A program made the translations under genes and the position numbers. From assembly GCA_965262615.1 (NCBI GenBank), contig OZ253545.1, positions 672,001 through 736,000 on the forward strand: DNA of 64,000 nucleotides. The letters run 5' to 3'. This document shows positions 21,463 through 30,800 of the stretch, in pieces; within the stretch, counting starts at the first letter, position 1, and each line of letters begins with the position of its first letter. Source of the DNA: Alphaproteobacteria bacterium. GTDB lineage: Bacteria; Pseudomonadota; Alphaproteobacteria; GM7ARS4; G965262615. The notes below the pieces were generated by a model, which saw only the letters and a program-made list of their open reading frames with translations, had not been told where the DNA came from and did no database searches.

Positions 21463-22413
21463 ATGACTTTATGGACCAACAACAATCATGAAATCACTGT
21501 GTCGCGCGGCGTGGCAGCGTTTTGGGCGGCAGCACTGTGTCTTGTCATAGCCACACCCCTCTACGCACAAGAAGAGGAAGGTGAGTTTGAAGAGTATGAA
21601 TTCGCCCAAGACGAATTCGAAGAGTTCGCTGACGAGGAGGTCGCCGAAGATGAAGAAATGTTCCTCACTGAAGATGACTTTGCTTATGAGGAATTCGCCG
21701 AAGATGAGGAAATGACCGCCTTCACCAATGAAATGATTGAGCAAGAACTGGCAATGGAAGCCGCCAGACGCAGAGGCGGTGTGGTGGATGAATTGTCCAA
21801 ACAAACCAGACAGGCGTTTCGTGATGTGACTCGTGGCATCTCAAAGGAACTGCGGCTGGATAGCCGTCGGCTGGGCAAAGGCGATGCCTATTGGGTTGTG
21901 CGTGGCGGAATGCAAAGCGATGATGATGTCAATTACAATGGCGGCATGGGGTATTTGGCTCATGGCGTGCGTCTCGGCGGCGGATTTTTCAGAACAGAAC
22001 TGGAGATCGGCTATGGCGAAGCGCGCGTTGAGAAAAAACAAGACGACCTCGTGGGACAGGATTATGAACTTCGCAACCGTAACCTGTCGGTTTTTGTCAA
22101 TGGATATTTTGATGTGGCATCCCGTGCCATCAATTATGTTGTCCCCTATGTGGGAATTGGTTTTGGCTACATTCACGCCGAATCAACCCTGCGTGCCCCT
22201 GAGGAAATCTTGCGGCGGGATTTAGCAGCCAACAGCAAGCATGATCTCCATGCCATTGGCTTATCCGCAATGGCAGGATTTTCACTCTTGGTGGGTGAGT
22301 TTCACCATTTGGATTTGGGATACCGTGCCGTGCGCACCAGCAGGGCGCCCGATGTGGAAGATTGGCACGAAGCGCGTATCGGTTTTTCTCGTTCTTTCGT
22401 CAGTGACTGGTGA
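21463..22413 (+). CDS. Opacity-like beta-barrel protein with highly acidic N-terminal extension
   Basis: Signal peptide, E/D/F-rich tract, FRTELE, FVNGYFD, VPYVGIGFGY, DLGYR, HEARIG; putative promoter TTGTAT-N17-CATAAT at 21377-21405. Confidence 0.8.
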   Translation: MTLWTNNNHEITVSRGVAAFWAAALCLVIATPLYAQEEEGEFEEYEFAQDEFEEFADEEVAEDEEMFLTEDDFAYEEFAEDEEMTAFTNEMIEQELAMEAARRRGGVVDELSKQTRQAFRDVTRGISKELRLDSRRLGKGDAYWVVRGGMQSDDDVNYNGGMGYLAHGVRLGGGFFRTELEIGYGEARVEKKQDDLVGQDYELRNRNLSVFVNGYFDVASRAINYVVPYVGIGFGYIHAESTLRAPEEILRRDLAANSKHDLHAIGLSAMAGFSLLVGEFHHLDLGYRAVRTSRAPDVEDWHEARIGFSRSFVSDW

Positions 22414-22443
22414 GGGAACTTCACTCCAAACAATGAGGGTAAC

Positions 22444-22689
22444 ATGAAGAAGCTTCTTCAAGACAAAGTGACGGTCATGCAGGCATCTTACGGTTCTGTG
22501 GCTGTTTTTTTGGCGATTGCCAGTGCCTTTGGCAGTCCGATGGTGTTCGGTTTCATGACTTTGTTCGGCGTTGCGGCTGTTGTGGTGGCTGCGCTGGCGA
22601 TTCTGAGCGGTGAACTGGTGCATGGCGCATTGGCAATTGTGTTGGCGATCTATATCGCCACCATGAGCGGCGGTATGATGCCCATGTAA
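22444..22689 (+). CDS. Small hydrophobic membrane protein
   Basis: SD GAGGGT, 2-3 hydrophobic helices. Confidence 0.65.
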   Translation: MKKLLQDKVTVMQASYGSVAVFLAIASAFGSPMVFGFMTLFGVAAVVVAALAILSGELVHGALAIVLAIYIATMSGGMMPM

Positions 22690-22710
22690 TCACACGATTT
22701 GAAACTGGGT

Positions 22711-22829
22711 GGTCTGGTGATGATGGCGAGGAGCTCAGCACCCGATCCCATTCCGAACTCGGAAGTGAAATTCCTCAGCGCCGATGGTACTGCGTCTTAA
22801 GGCGTGGGAGAGTAGGTCGTTGCCAGACT
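22711..22829 (+). rRNA. rrf: 5S rRNA
   Basis: CACCCGATCCCATTCCGAACTCGGAAGTGAAA..GCCGATGGTACT..GGGAGAGTAGGTCG; flanks TGAAACTGGG/CTCAGTTTCA pair. Confidence 0.97.
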
Positions 22830-22842
22830 TCTCAGTTTCACG

Positions 22843-22876
22843 AACACGCCCCCTCTTGTGAGGGGGCGTGTTTTTT
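22843..22876 (+). terminator. Intrinsic terminator after 5S
   Basis: AACACGCCCCCTC-TTGT-GAGGGGGCGTGTT followed by further Ts. Confidence 0.9.
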
Positions 22877-22897
22877 AATCATCAATCAGAAAATACG

Positions 22898-23572
22898 ATG
22901 GAATTATTCTCCCCAGAATGGCTATTGGCTCTCAGCAGCATCATTGTGATTGACCTCGTCTTGGCGGGAGACAATGCTCTGGTGATCGCCATGGCGGCGC
23001 GCCACTTGCCTGACCATATGCGGGGGCGAGTCATCATGTGGGGAATTGGCGGGGCTATTGTCACGCGCATTTTGTTTGTGATGATTGTGGTGGAGCTCTT
23101 GCGCGTGCCGGCACTGTCCTTTATTGGCGGGCTGCTTCTCATGGTGATTGCCGTCAAACTGGTCAATCAATCCCATGGAGAGGCACATCAAACGGTTGCG
23201 ACAAATTTTTGGCGCGCCGTCATGACCATCATCATGGCGGACACCGTGATGAGCTTGGACAATGTGCTTGCCATTGCGGGGGCATCACGGGGCAGCTATG
23301 ATTTGGTGATTTTTGGCTTGGCTTTGACCATTCCCATCATTGTGTGGGGCAGTCAGTGGTTTGGGCGATTGCTTGAGCGGTATTCGCGTTTTTTGTATGT
23401 GGGCAGCTTTGTTCTGTTTTGGACGGCGGCTAGCATGATGCGGCGCGATCCCATCATCATTGATGACGGATGGGCTTTTTCTTGGGTGACCGATGTGATA
23501 GCCTCCGTGCTGTGCGTTGCCGCACTTGTGCTCTATAAAATGAAAAAAGGAGAATGGCATCGTGAATCATAG
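22898..23572 (+). CDS. TerC/YjbE-family membrane protein
   Basis: IDLVLAGDNALVIA and ADTVMSLDNVLAIAGA motifs. Confidence 0.92.
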   Translation: MELFSPEWLLALSSIIVIDLVLAGDNALVIAMAARHLPDHMRGRVIMWGIGGAIVTRILFVMIVVELLRVPALSFIGGLLLMVIAVKLVNQSHGEAHQTVATNFWRAVMTIIMADTVMSLDNVLAIAGASRGSYDLVIFGLALTIPIIVWGSQWFGRLLERYSRFLYVGSFVLFWTAASMMRRDPIIIDDGWAFSWVTDVIASVLCVAALVLYKMKKGEWHRES

Positions 23573-23990
23573 CCACAGAACAATCTTTTATGTGACCTGT
23601 CACTGTTTCACCGGCTGCATGATTGGCGAGACGGCGGGGCTGATGATTGGCATCTCACTGGGATGGTCGGTGGCGGCAACCATTGCATTGGCGGTGGTGC
23701 TCGCTTTTGTGGTGGGGGTCTCCCTTGCCATTTACACGGTGATGCGGCGGGAGGGATTATCATGGATTGACAGTTTGCAGCGCGTGTGGTTGGGGGAAGT
23801 GGTATCCATTTCTGTCATGGAGTTGGTGATGAATGTCACCGATTATCATATGGGGGGCGTGTCGGTGCAGAGTCTTGCCGACCCGTTGTTCTGGCAGGCT
23901 TTGGCGGTGGCGGGAATTGCGGGATTTGTGGCGGCGTATCCTGTCAATGGATGGCTTTTGCGGCACTCTCTTAAATCATGCGGTCATTAA
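23562..23990 (+). CDS. DUF4396-family membrane protein
   Basis: HCFTGCMIGE..G, SISVME, AAYPVN.WL. Confidence 0.8.
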   Translation: MNHSHRTIFYVTCHCFTGCMIGETAGLMIGISLGWSVAATIALAVVLAFVVGVSLAIYTVMRREGLSWIDSLQRVWLGEVVSISVMELVMNVTDYHMGGVSVQSLADPLFWQALAVAGIAGFVAAYPVNGWLLRHSLKSCGH

Positions 23991-24008
23991 AAAGCAAAGG
24001 AGGCGAGC

Positions 24009-24602
24009 ATGACGATAATTTTTATGACACCACTGCTTGTGCCATCGGTGGCACTGGCGCATCATTTTATGGACGGCGATACGCCTCGTTTTTGGTACGA
24101 GGCGTTGGTGTCGGGATTGGCGCATCCCGTGATTGGTTTTGATCATTTGCTCTTTGTGGTGGCGTGTGGATGGGTCGCCTACGGTTTTTTGCACAAGCGA
24201 TGGCTGCCCTTTGTGCTCATTGGCGGAACGGTGCTGGGATGCTATGCCCATGTGACGCAATTGGGGATGACGGTGGCAATGATTGCCATTGAATCATGGA
24301 TTGCGGTGACTCTCATGGTGATGGGGGTGCTGGTTGCTCTGTCGGTGTCACTGCCTTTGGTATTGTGGGTGAGTTTTTTCGCAGTGGCGGGCATCATTCA
24401 CGGCTATGCCTATGGTGAGACCATTGAGGGTGCGAGCGGTCTTGTCACGCTGTTTTATGTGGTGGGTTTTGCCTTGATGCAATACGCCATGATGGCACTG
24501 ATGGCGCGCGCTGTGAATTATTCGTCCGAATTGCGCGCGGTGCGCGCTGGGCAGATGGGCGGTGCACTGCTGTGTGTGTGGGCGACAGTCATGATGCTGT
24601 AA
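24009..24602 (+). CDS. HupE/UreJ-family Ni/Co transporter
   Basis: ALAHH, SGLAHPVIGFDHL, HGYAYGE. Confidence 0.9.
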   Translation: MTIIFMTPLLVPSVALAHHFMDGDTPRFWYEALVSGLAHPVIGFDHLLFVVACGWVAYGFLHKRWLPFVLIGGTVLGCYAHVTQLGMTVAMIAIESWIAVTLMVMGVLVALSVSLPLVLWVSFFAVAGIIHGYAYGETIEGASGLVTLFYVVGFALMQYAMMALMARAVNYSSELRAVRAGQMGGALLCVWATVMML

Positions 24603-24704
24603 ATTGTTGGCAGGCGGCACGTGTGACGCGCTTCGCGGCGCACTGCTGTGTGTGGGCGACAGTCATGATGCTGTAATTTGTTGGCAGGCGGCGCGTGTGA
24701 CGCG
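24559..24704. repeat. ~70-bp direct duplication between convergent genes
   Basis: 24559-24630 repeated at 24635-24704 with few substitutions and one TG indel. Confidence 0.9.
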
Positions 24705-26279
24705 TTCCTCATGCTGACGCTGCACATACAGTCCCCAATTGGTGGTGAGACACAATTCTTTTGGAGGCAGATAGACATAGTCGGGGCGCGTCTCCATATA
24801 GACCATCAGGGCGGCAAAAAGCGAATTGGCGATGTCATCTTGGGTCATGTCTTTTTTGTAGATGTGATAAAAGACATGATTCATGGGAATGGCAATGAGG
24901 TTTGCCTTGCCAAAGGAATGCTCATAGTTCCACTTGTTGTGACCGATCGCGCCACTGCCACGCACGGGTTGGTGAGCGATGACTTTGTCGGCTTTGCCGA
25001 GAAAATCCACCACATGATAGTCACTCATATAATAGGGAAGCGTTCCCAGATAAAAGACTCCCAGTGAGCCTTCATTGGGGCTGAAGGCGGCGCGTAGCGG
25101 GCGAATCAATGCCATTTGCGAGACCACCGCATCATTGATGCAAAAGAAGCAATTCACCTGACGCTCTTTGAAAGCTTGAATGCGCTCCGACAGATGATAG
25201 GACGAAAACAGCGCAATCACCATCACGAAAGAAGCCAGCGCGCCTTGACGGTGGGTCAATTGAATGGTGGTCACACAATGGAAAAACAGCACCACCATGA
25301 TGGCAAAGGGCGCATAGAAAAAACGCCCATAGCTGAAGGCATCACCGCCGATGGTGACCACATAGAGAGCGTGCAACAGCAGCGAGCTCACAATAAGAGC
25401 GCGCCCTTCATTGATGTGTTTGCGCTGATAAAACCAATACACACCACTCGTGAGCAGCATCAACGGATAGTAAGAGCTCTTGCTGATGTGGATTATGTAG
25501 GACAAGCCTCCCAGCCATCTGTTGTCGTATCCTGTGGCTTTGAGATAGTAGGTGTTGGGCATGATGTCGCCATAAAAGTGAAGCATCATCCAAAGATACG
25601 CGATGAGACACGCCGCCGCCAGCGTCAGATAGATGATTGGGCGGGCGATGGCATGGCGTTGGGTGTCTTTCAGGCGTAGCAGGCATAGGATGGCAGGAAG
25701 CACGATGAGCGGCGCGCTGTCAGGGCGTATGAGAAACGCAATGGCGAGCATCAGGGTGCACAGTGCCAGCTGATGGGCATTGAGTTTTTTCTCATGATAA
25801 ATGGCGGCAAAGGCGATGGTGACAAACAACGCCTGCGGCACATGCTCCCACGCTGATATGCCGTAAAACAAAAACGGTGGACTCAACAAAATGGCGGCAA
25901 AAATCCAGACGCTGTGGTTGCGCTCCACAAGCAATGAGGCTCGCCATGCCGTTGCAATCGCACACCCAATGGACAGCAAGAACAACACCGCCACAGGAAC
26001 AGCCGCCGGTGTCAGGGCAAAAAACGGTGAGATCATCATCACATAAAACAGTGAGCTGGTGGCGGCGACGGCTTCATCAAGATTGATGTAGGGAACGCCG
26101 TGTTCATAAAAATGAAGGGCGGCGCGAAAATTAATGTAGGCATCATCGCGATGGATGAGATAAGACTCCTCTTCAACGAGGGCGATGGTGTAGTCAGACA
26201 GCAACAAAAAGGCGGTGATGCTGGCCACCACGATGAGACTTCTGATGAGCACCGAAGAAAAAGAATATGACGAGGTCAT
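24663..26279 (-). CDS. Multi-TM GT-C-fold glycosyltransferase-like protein
   Basis: DDAYINFRAA, LIRPD, YGDIMPNTYYLK, GGD..GRF, DFLG..D..IAH. Confidence 0.75.
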   Translation of the reverse strand: MTSSYSFSSVLIRSLIVVASITAFLLLSDYTIALVEEESYLIHRDDAYINFRAALHFYEHGVPYINLDEAVAATSSLFYVMMISPFFALTPAAVPVAVLFLLSIGCAIATAWRASLLVERNHSVWIFAAILLSPPFLFYGISAWEHVPQALFVTIAFAAIYHEKKLNAHQLALCTLMLAIAFLIRPDSAPLIVLPAILCLLRLKDTQRHAIARPIIYLTLAAACLIAYLWMMLHFYGDIMPNTYYLKATGYDNRWLGGLSYIIHISKSSYYPLMLLTSGVYWFYQRKHINEGRALIVSSLLLHALYVVTIGGDAFSYGRFFYAPFAIMVVLFFHCVTTIQLTHRQGALASFVMVIALFSSYHLSERIQAFKERQVNCFFCINDAVVSQMALIRPLRAAFSPNEGSLGVFYLGTLPYYMSDYHVVDFLGKADKVIAHQPVRGSGAIGHNKWNYEHSFGKANLIAIPMNHVFYHIYKKDMTQDDIANSLFAALMVYMETRPDYVYLPPKELCLTTNWGLYVQRQHEERVTRAACQQITAS

Positions 26280-27799
26280 GGCTGTGTTCCTTGCGGCTTG
26301 ATGATGACATAGGTAAAGCCCATCGGCGGCAGGTGCGCGCCATCATAGGGAACGGTGAGATTTTGTGGAGGGCTGGCATCAAAGCGTTGCAGGGTGAGGA
26401 GGTCTTCTTCTGTCATTGTGCCGTGTCTCCAGATGAGCAACGCGCCTTTGGCGGCAATGGCATCATCGGTAATCCATGGCGCGGTTTGTTGATTGAGTCC
26501 TCCCCAAAATGAGGGTTTGTCCTTGTTATGAAAAGCGACCATCAGAGCTTCCCAGCCGCCGCCCACAATGGCAAGAGGTGCGCCATGGGTGGCATCGTCC
26601 CATTGGCGTTCCATCTGCCGTGTGATGGCGTGTGCGGGCGCGTGAATTTTTGACACCTTGCCAAGAAGATGAGGAGATGCGGCACGCGCCACGCCGTATC
26701 CGATTGCAAGCAGTATGACGACAATTGCGCCATACAGAACGATTTTGCTCAGCACATCCTCACGCCAGCGATGGCTCAGCGCGCCCACCACGAGAACGCC
26801 CCACAGAATCGTCATGGGCACAGCCCATTTGGTCATGGCTCCTTGTCCCAGCAGCAGTGCGAGGATGAAAGTCAGACACACAGGCACAAGGGCAAAAAAG
26901 ACAATAAAATCGCCATGAGGTGACGGCAGTTTGATGTCTTTATGGAGACCTCCCGCCAGCCACACAACAATAAAAAGTGCCCCGTGATTGAGAACTTGCG
27001 CCGGAAGAAACAAGAGGATTTTATCAATGCCTTCGTGTGCTCGTGTTTGGGCGTAATCAAAGGTGAGCATCCAGTTGTCCATCAGCCACGCCAGCAGTGG
27101 CAGCATGATGACGAACGCAATGAGTGCTGTCAGATAGGGATAGACGGTTGCGAGATGACGGCGAGCGTGCGAGTTGACGATCATCCACAGGGCAATTGTC
27201 ACATAAAGAATTACCACCGCATATTTGGCGTAAAAAGCCACCCCCGCAATGACTCCCAGCAGCAGCCACCACCATCGGTTGTGGGCTGTCTTTTGGGTGG
27301 CATGAAACAGGGCAAGCATCGCCGCCGCCCACAGTGGCATTTGCATGACATTGTGATTGAACTCAACCGACTGGGTGGAATAATAAACGGTGACCATCAT
27401 CAAGACGGTGGCGGCAAGGGCGCGTTTGTCATGTTGTAACAGGTGACATCCCAAGCGATACATGAGCCACAGCGTCATGAGGAGACACATCTGCGCCGCC
27501 ACATAGCCACCCCAGGTGGCTTGTCCCGTGAGATTTTCCAATCCATGCAAAATGAAGGCAGGCAAGGAGGGATGTTTATGACTGGCTATGATGCCCTCGC
27601 GTCCCCACAGGGTGCTTTCCATGATGTCCATAGGAACGCTGTGATAGACCAGCATGGGAGTCGCCACCCACAGAACCAATTGCAACAGCATCAAAACAGC
27701 CAGTGTGCGGTGTGGTTGAGAGAGCATGGATGCGGCGAGAGGCATGGAGGTAGATGTATCACCTCGCCGTTGCAAATGAAAGTGACAAGCCGTTGTCAC
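26276..27799 (-). CDS. GT39/ArnT-like (PMT_2) membrane glycosyltransferase
   Basis: D..E...WG..KHP.LP, EFNHNV.Q.P.W, AKY, multiple TM helices. Confidence 0.82.
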   Translation of the reverse strand: MTTACHFHLQRRGDTSTSMPLAASMLSQPHRTLAVLMLLQLVLWVATPMLVYHSVPMDIMESTLWGREGIIASHKHPSLPAFILHGLENLTGQATWGGYVAAQMCLLMTLWLMYRLGCHLLQHDKRALAATVLMMVTVYYSTQSVEFNHNVMQMPLWAAAMLALFHATQKTAHNRWWWLLLGVIAGVAFYAKYAVVILYVTIALWMIVNSHARRHLATVYPYLTALIAFVIMLPLLAWLMDNWMLTFDYAQTRAHEGIDKILLFLPAQVLNHGALFIVVWLAGGLHKDIKLPSPHGDFIVFFALVPVCLTFILALLLGQGAMTKWAVPMTILWGVLVVGALSHRWREDVLSKIVLYGAIVVILLAIGYGVARAASPHLLGKVSKIHAPAHAITRQMERQWDDATHGAPLAIVGGGWEALMVAFHNKDKPSFWGGLNQQTAPWITDDAIAAKGALLIWRHGTMTEEDLLTLQRFDASPPQNLTVPYDGAHLPPMGFTYVIIKPQGTQP

Positions 27800-27872
27800 T
27801 GTTTGACATTACAGCCCCAATTGATACATATTAGGAGAGGGTTATGAGAGGGTTTTTGATGCGGGTTCGGCT

Positions 27873-30800
27873 ATGATGATGCGAGTTCGGTTATTATGTG
27901 TATGCACCATTATGTTGGCGGCGTGTGGCGGCGGTGGCGGTGATGACGGCGGTGGTGGCCCTGTGGGTTTGCCGCCATTGTCGGCTTCCGGTGACTGTGC
28001 CAGTGGCAGTTGCTCCATTGCGGTGCAAGGACGCACCGATGGCGGAATCACCACCGCCTCCCTTTTTGAGCAGGCTAACATTGATGGAGTGAATGGCAAT
28101 GTGACATTCGGTGTTGGCGCGGTGGATATCAATCAAGGCGGCAATGGGCATGGCGTCTTTATTGATGGCACGGCACTCAGCACCCCCATTGGGGGATCGC
28201 TCACTTGGCACAACAACGCATCATCGGCAAATAGTCGTATTTATGTGAGTGGAACAAGAGCATCATCGTCACCGATTCACGCGGATGCCACGCTGTTTAA
28301 TAATGATATCACGCTGTTTAATAATCAAATCACGGCGGCGGCTTTGTATTTGAAGTCTGCCAATTCAATCACCATTACCAATCGGTCGGATTTAATTTTC
28401 ACGCCGCGCGATGGCAGTCGTTTTAACGATGGATTGGTGGGCATCGTGGCGGACACCAATGCGGATTCTTCCATTACGATTTATAATCATGCCCGTGTGG
28501 GATTTGCCAGCGATGCTCCCTCTGCGCGCGGGAACAATCATAAGGGCATTTTCGTCAATAGTTCTAGCAATCAACAAAGCACCGTCCTTTTGATACTGCA
28601 ATCATCATCGGTGATTGATACCAGAGGCGGAGCATCCTCTCACGCCATCTTTATTGATAATTTGACAGGCTCGGCGACCATCAGCAATAACGGCGTGATT
28701 CATGCCTCTGGTGATTTGGTTCATTATAACAATGCAACACCAAGCACCAATATCTCTTTTTTTCATAGCAATGCCAATGAGACATCATCGGGGGGGTGGA
28801 AGTCGGGCGGCGGCAATGACACAATTCGCATTGGCGATAACAACAATCCCCCCAGTGCCAGTGGTTCGCTTCGTGTGACGGGGTCATCATGGGGCGCGGG
28901 CAACGATGTCATCACCAATTACGCCAATGGCACACTCACTTTGGGAGGGTCTCATGATTTTGGTGCGGGCACTGATGCCATTCGCAATTATGGCACGCTT
29001 ATTTTGGGCGATGGCGCGAGCGCATCAAACACTGTTCGTTTTTCTGGGCTGGAGCGGTTTGATCTTCATGAGAACAGCATCACGCGTCTTTATCTGACGG
29101 CTGGCAATAATAATGTCTTGCAAACTCTTGTCTCGGACATTCCACTGCGGTTGCAGTTTGTTGAAAACAGACCGCCTGTTCTTGAGATTCATCTGCCATC
29201 CAATTACAGCAGCACATCACAAGGATTGTTTGACCTGTGGGACATCACCAGTTTGCGAGATAACGATGGCGATGCCTTTTCTGTCAGCCAAGCGGAGACC
29301 AGTCTGACGCGCATGGCGACAGTCGCGCGAATTTTCAGTGGCGGCACTCGGCAATCATGGCTGGTGTCGTTCATCAAAAAAGCGGGCAATGATGATATTA
29401 TTCAGGCAATGTGGGGAGCGCGTCCGAGTGCGGCTTCTTTGAGTTGCAGCTCAACGGCAGCGGGAACGGTGAGAACGGTGAGTTGTCGTGATGGCTCATC
29501 GGCGACTCTTGCCAATGGCATTGATATGGGACAAGAGTTTTTATCGGTAGGCGGTGACCTTGCCGATGGTGCATACACTGGAGCAATCAACTGGACTTTT
29601 CAATCGCTGGACAGTGATGTCAACAGCACAGGAACAAGCCATGGAATCACGATGGACGGAAAGACTTTTGGTTCTTTAATTCTCGGCAACATGACAATAA
29701 CCCATCAGGATGAGACGAATACGCGCACGGTTTTTGTGCGCGGCGATGGCAGTGTCTCACAAGGCATGGATGCCGCCGCGTTGTTTGTTCGCAGTGGCAA
29801 CGCCTTGACTATCACCAATGGCGCGCCGCTTGTTTTTGACCATGATGACAGTGACAGTTTTGAAAATGCTCTGACAGGTATTTATGGTGAAGGATCGGGC
29901 GTTCTCACCCTGACTCATAAGGGACACATTGGCTTTGCCAAGAACGAAACCATTGCCGTTGCCAGCAGAGGCAATCAGCACAGAGGCATTGTGCTTAAAC
30001 AAAATGGCTCGGGGGCGATGACCGTCACCAATGAAGGCACGATTGATGTGGAGGCGGGGTCGTCATCCCATGCCATTGTGCTGGATGTTGGCAATTCCAC
30101 AGGGGATGTGACCGTTACCAATGAGGGCGGCATCAAGGCGGGGGGCGATGTGTTGCGTGTGACGGGAAGTGGCGCGGCGGATGTCTCGTTTTCCCATGAC
30201 AGCAGCACGGCTCTGACGGGGAGCTTCACCTTGGGGGCGGGCGATGACACCGTCACCAACAAGGCAAATCGCGTCATGACCATCACCGCCATCAATGGGG
30301 GCGGCGGCACTGATATTATTGATAATTACGGGACATTGAGTCTGGGGAGTCAATCCCAAAAAACCGCCGCCGTCACCATGAGCTCGGTGGATGAATTGAG
30401 GCTACGCAGTGACAGTGTCATGCGTTTGTATCTGACCAGCAGTGGCTCTAATTTGCAAAAGATTGATACCGCCAGCGCGCTCACTCTGTATGGCGATACC
30501 CTCAAAGCGGTGTATTTGGAGCTGCATCTGCCAAGCGGTTTTACCGTGAGTCAAACGCAAAGTTCTTTTGATTTGTGGGATGTGACGGAGCTCAAGGGCA
30601 TCATTGGCGGCACTGCCAGTGCGAGCAATCTCAATACCATTTTATCCTATCTCACGGGGCGAGCGTCATTGCGGGATTCCAGTGGCGCGGATTTGGACAA
30701 CCGCCTGTTGTTTTTCGCCAAAAAAGCGGGAGCCGATGACATCATCACGCTGTCATGGATTCCAAAACCCGGTTCTGCTCCATTTAACTGCCAGCAGGAT

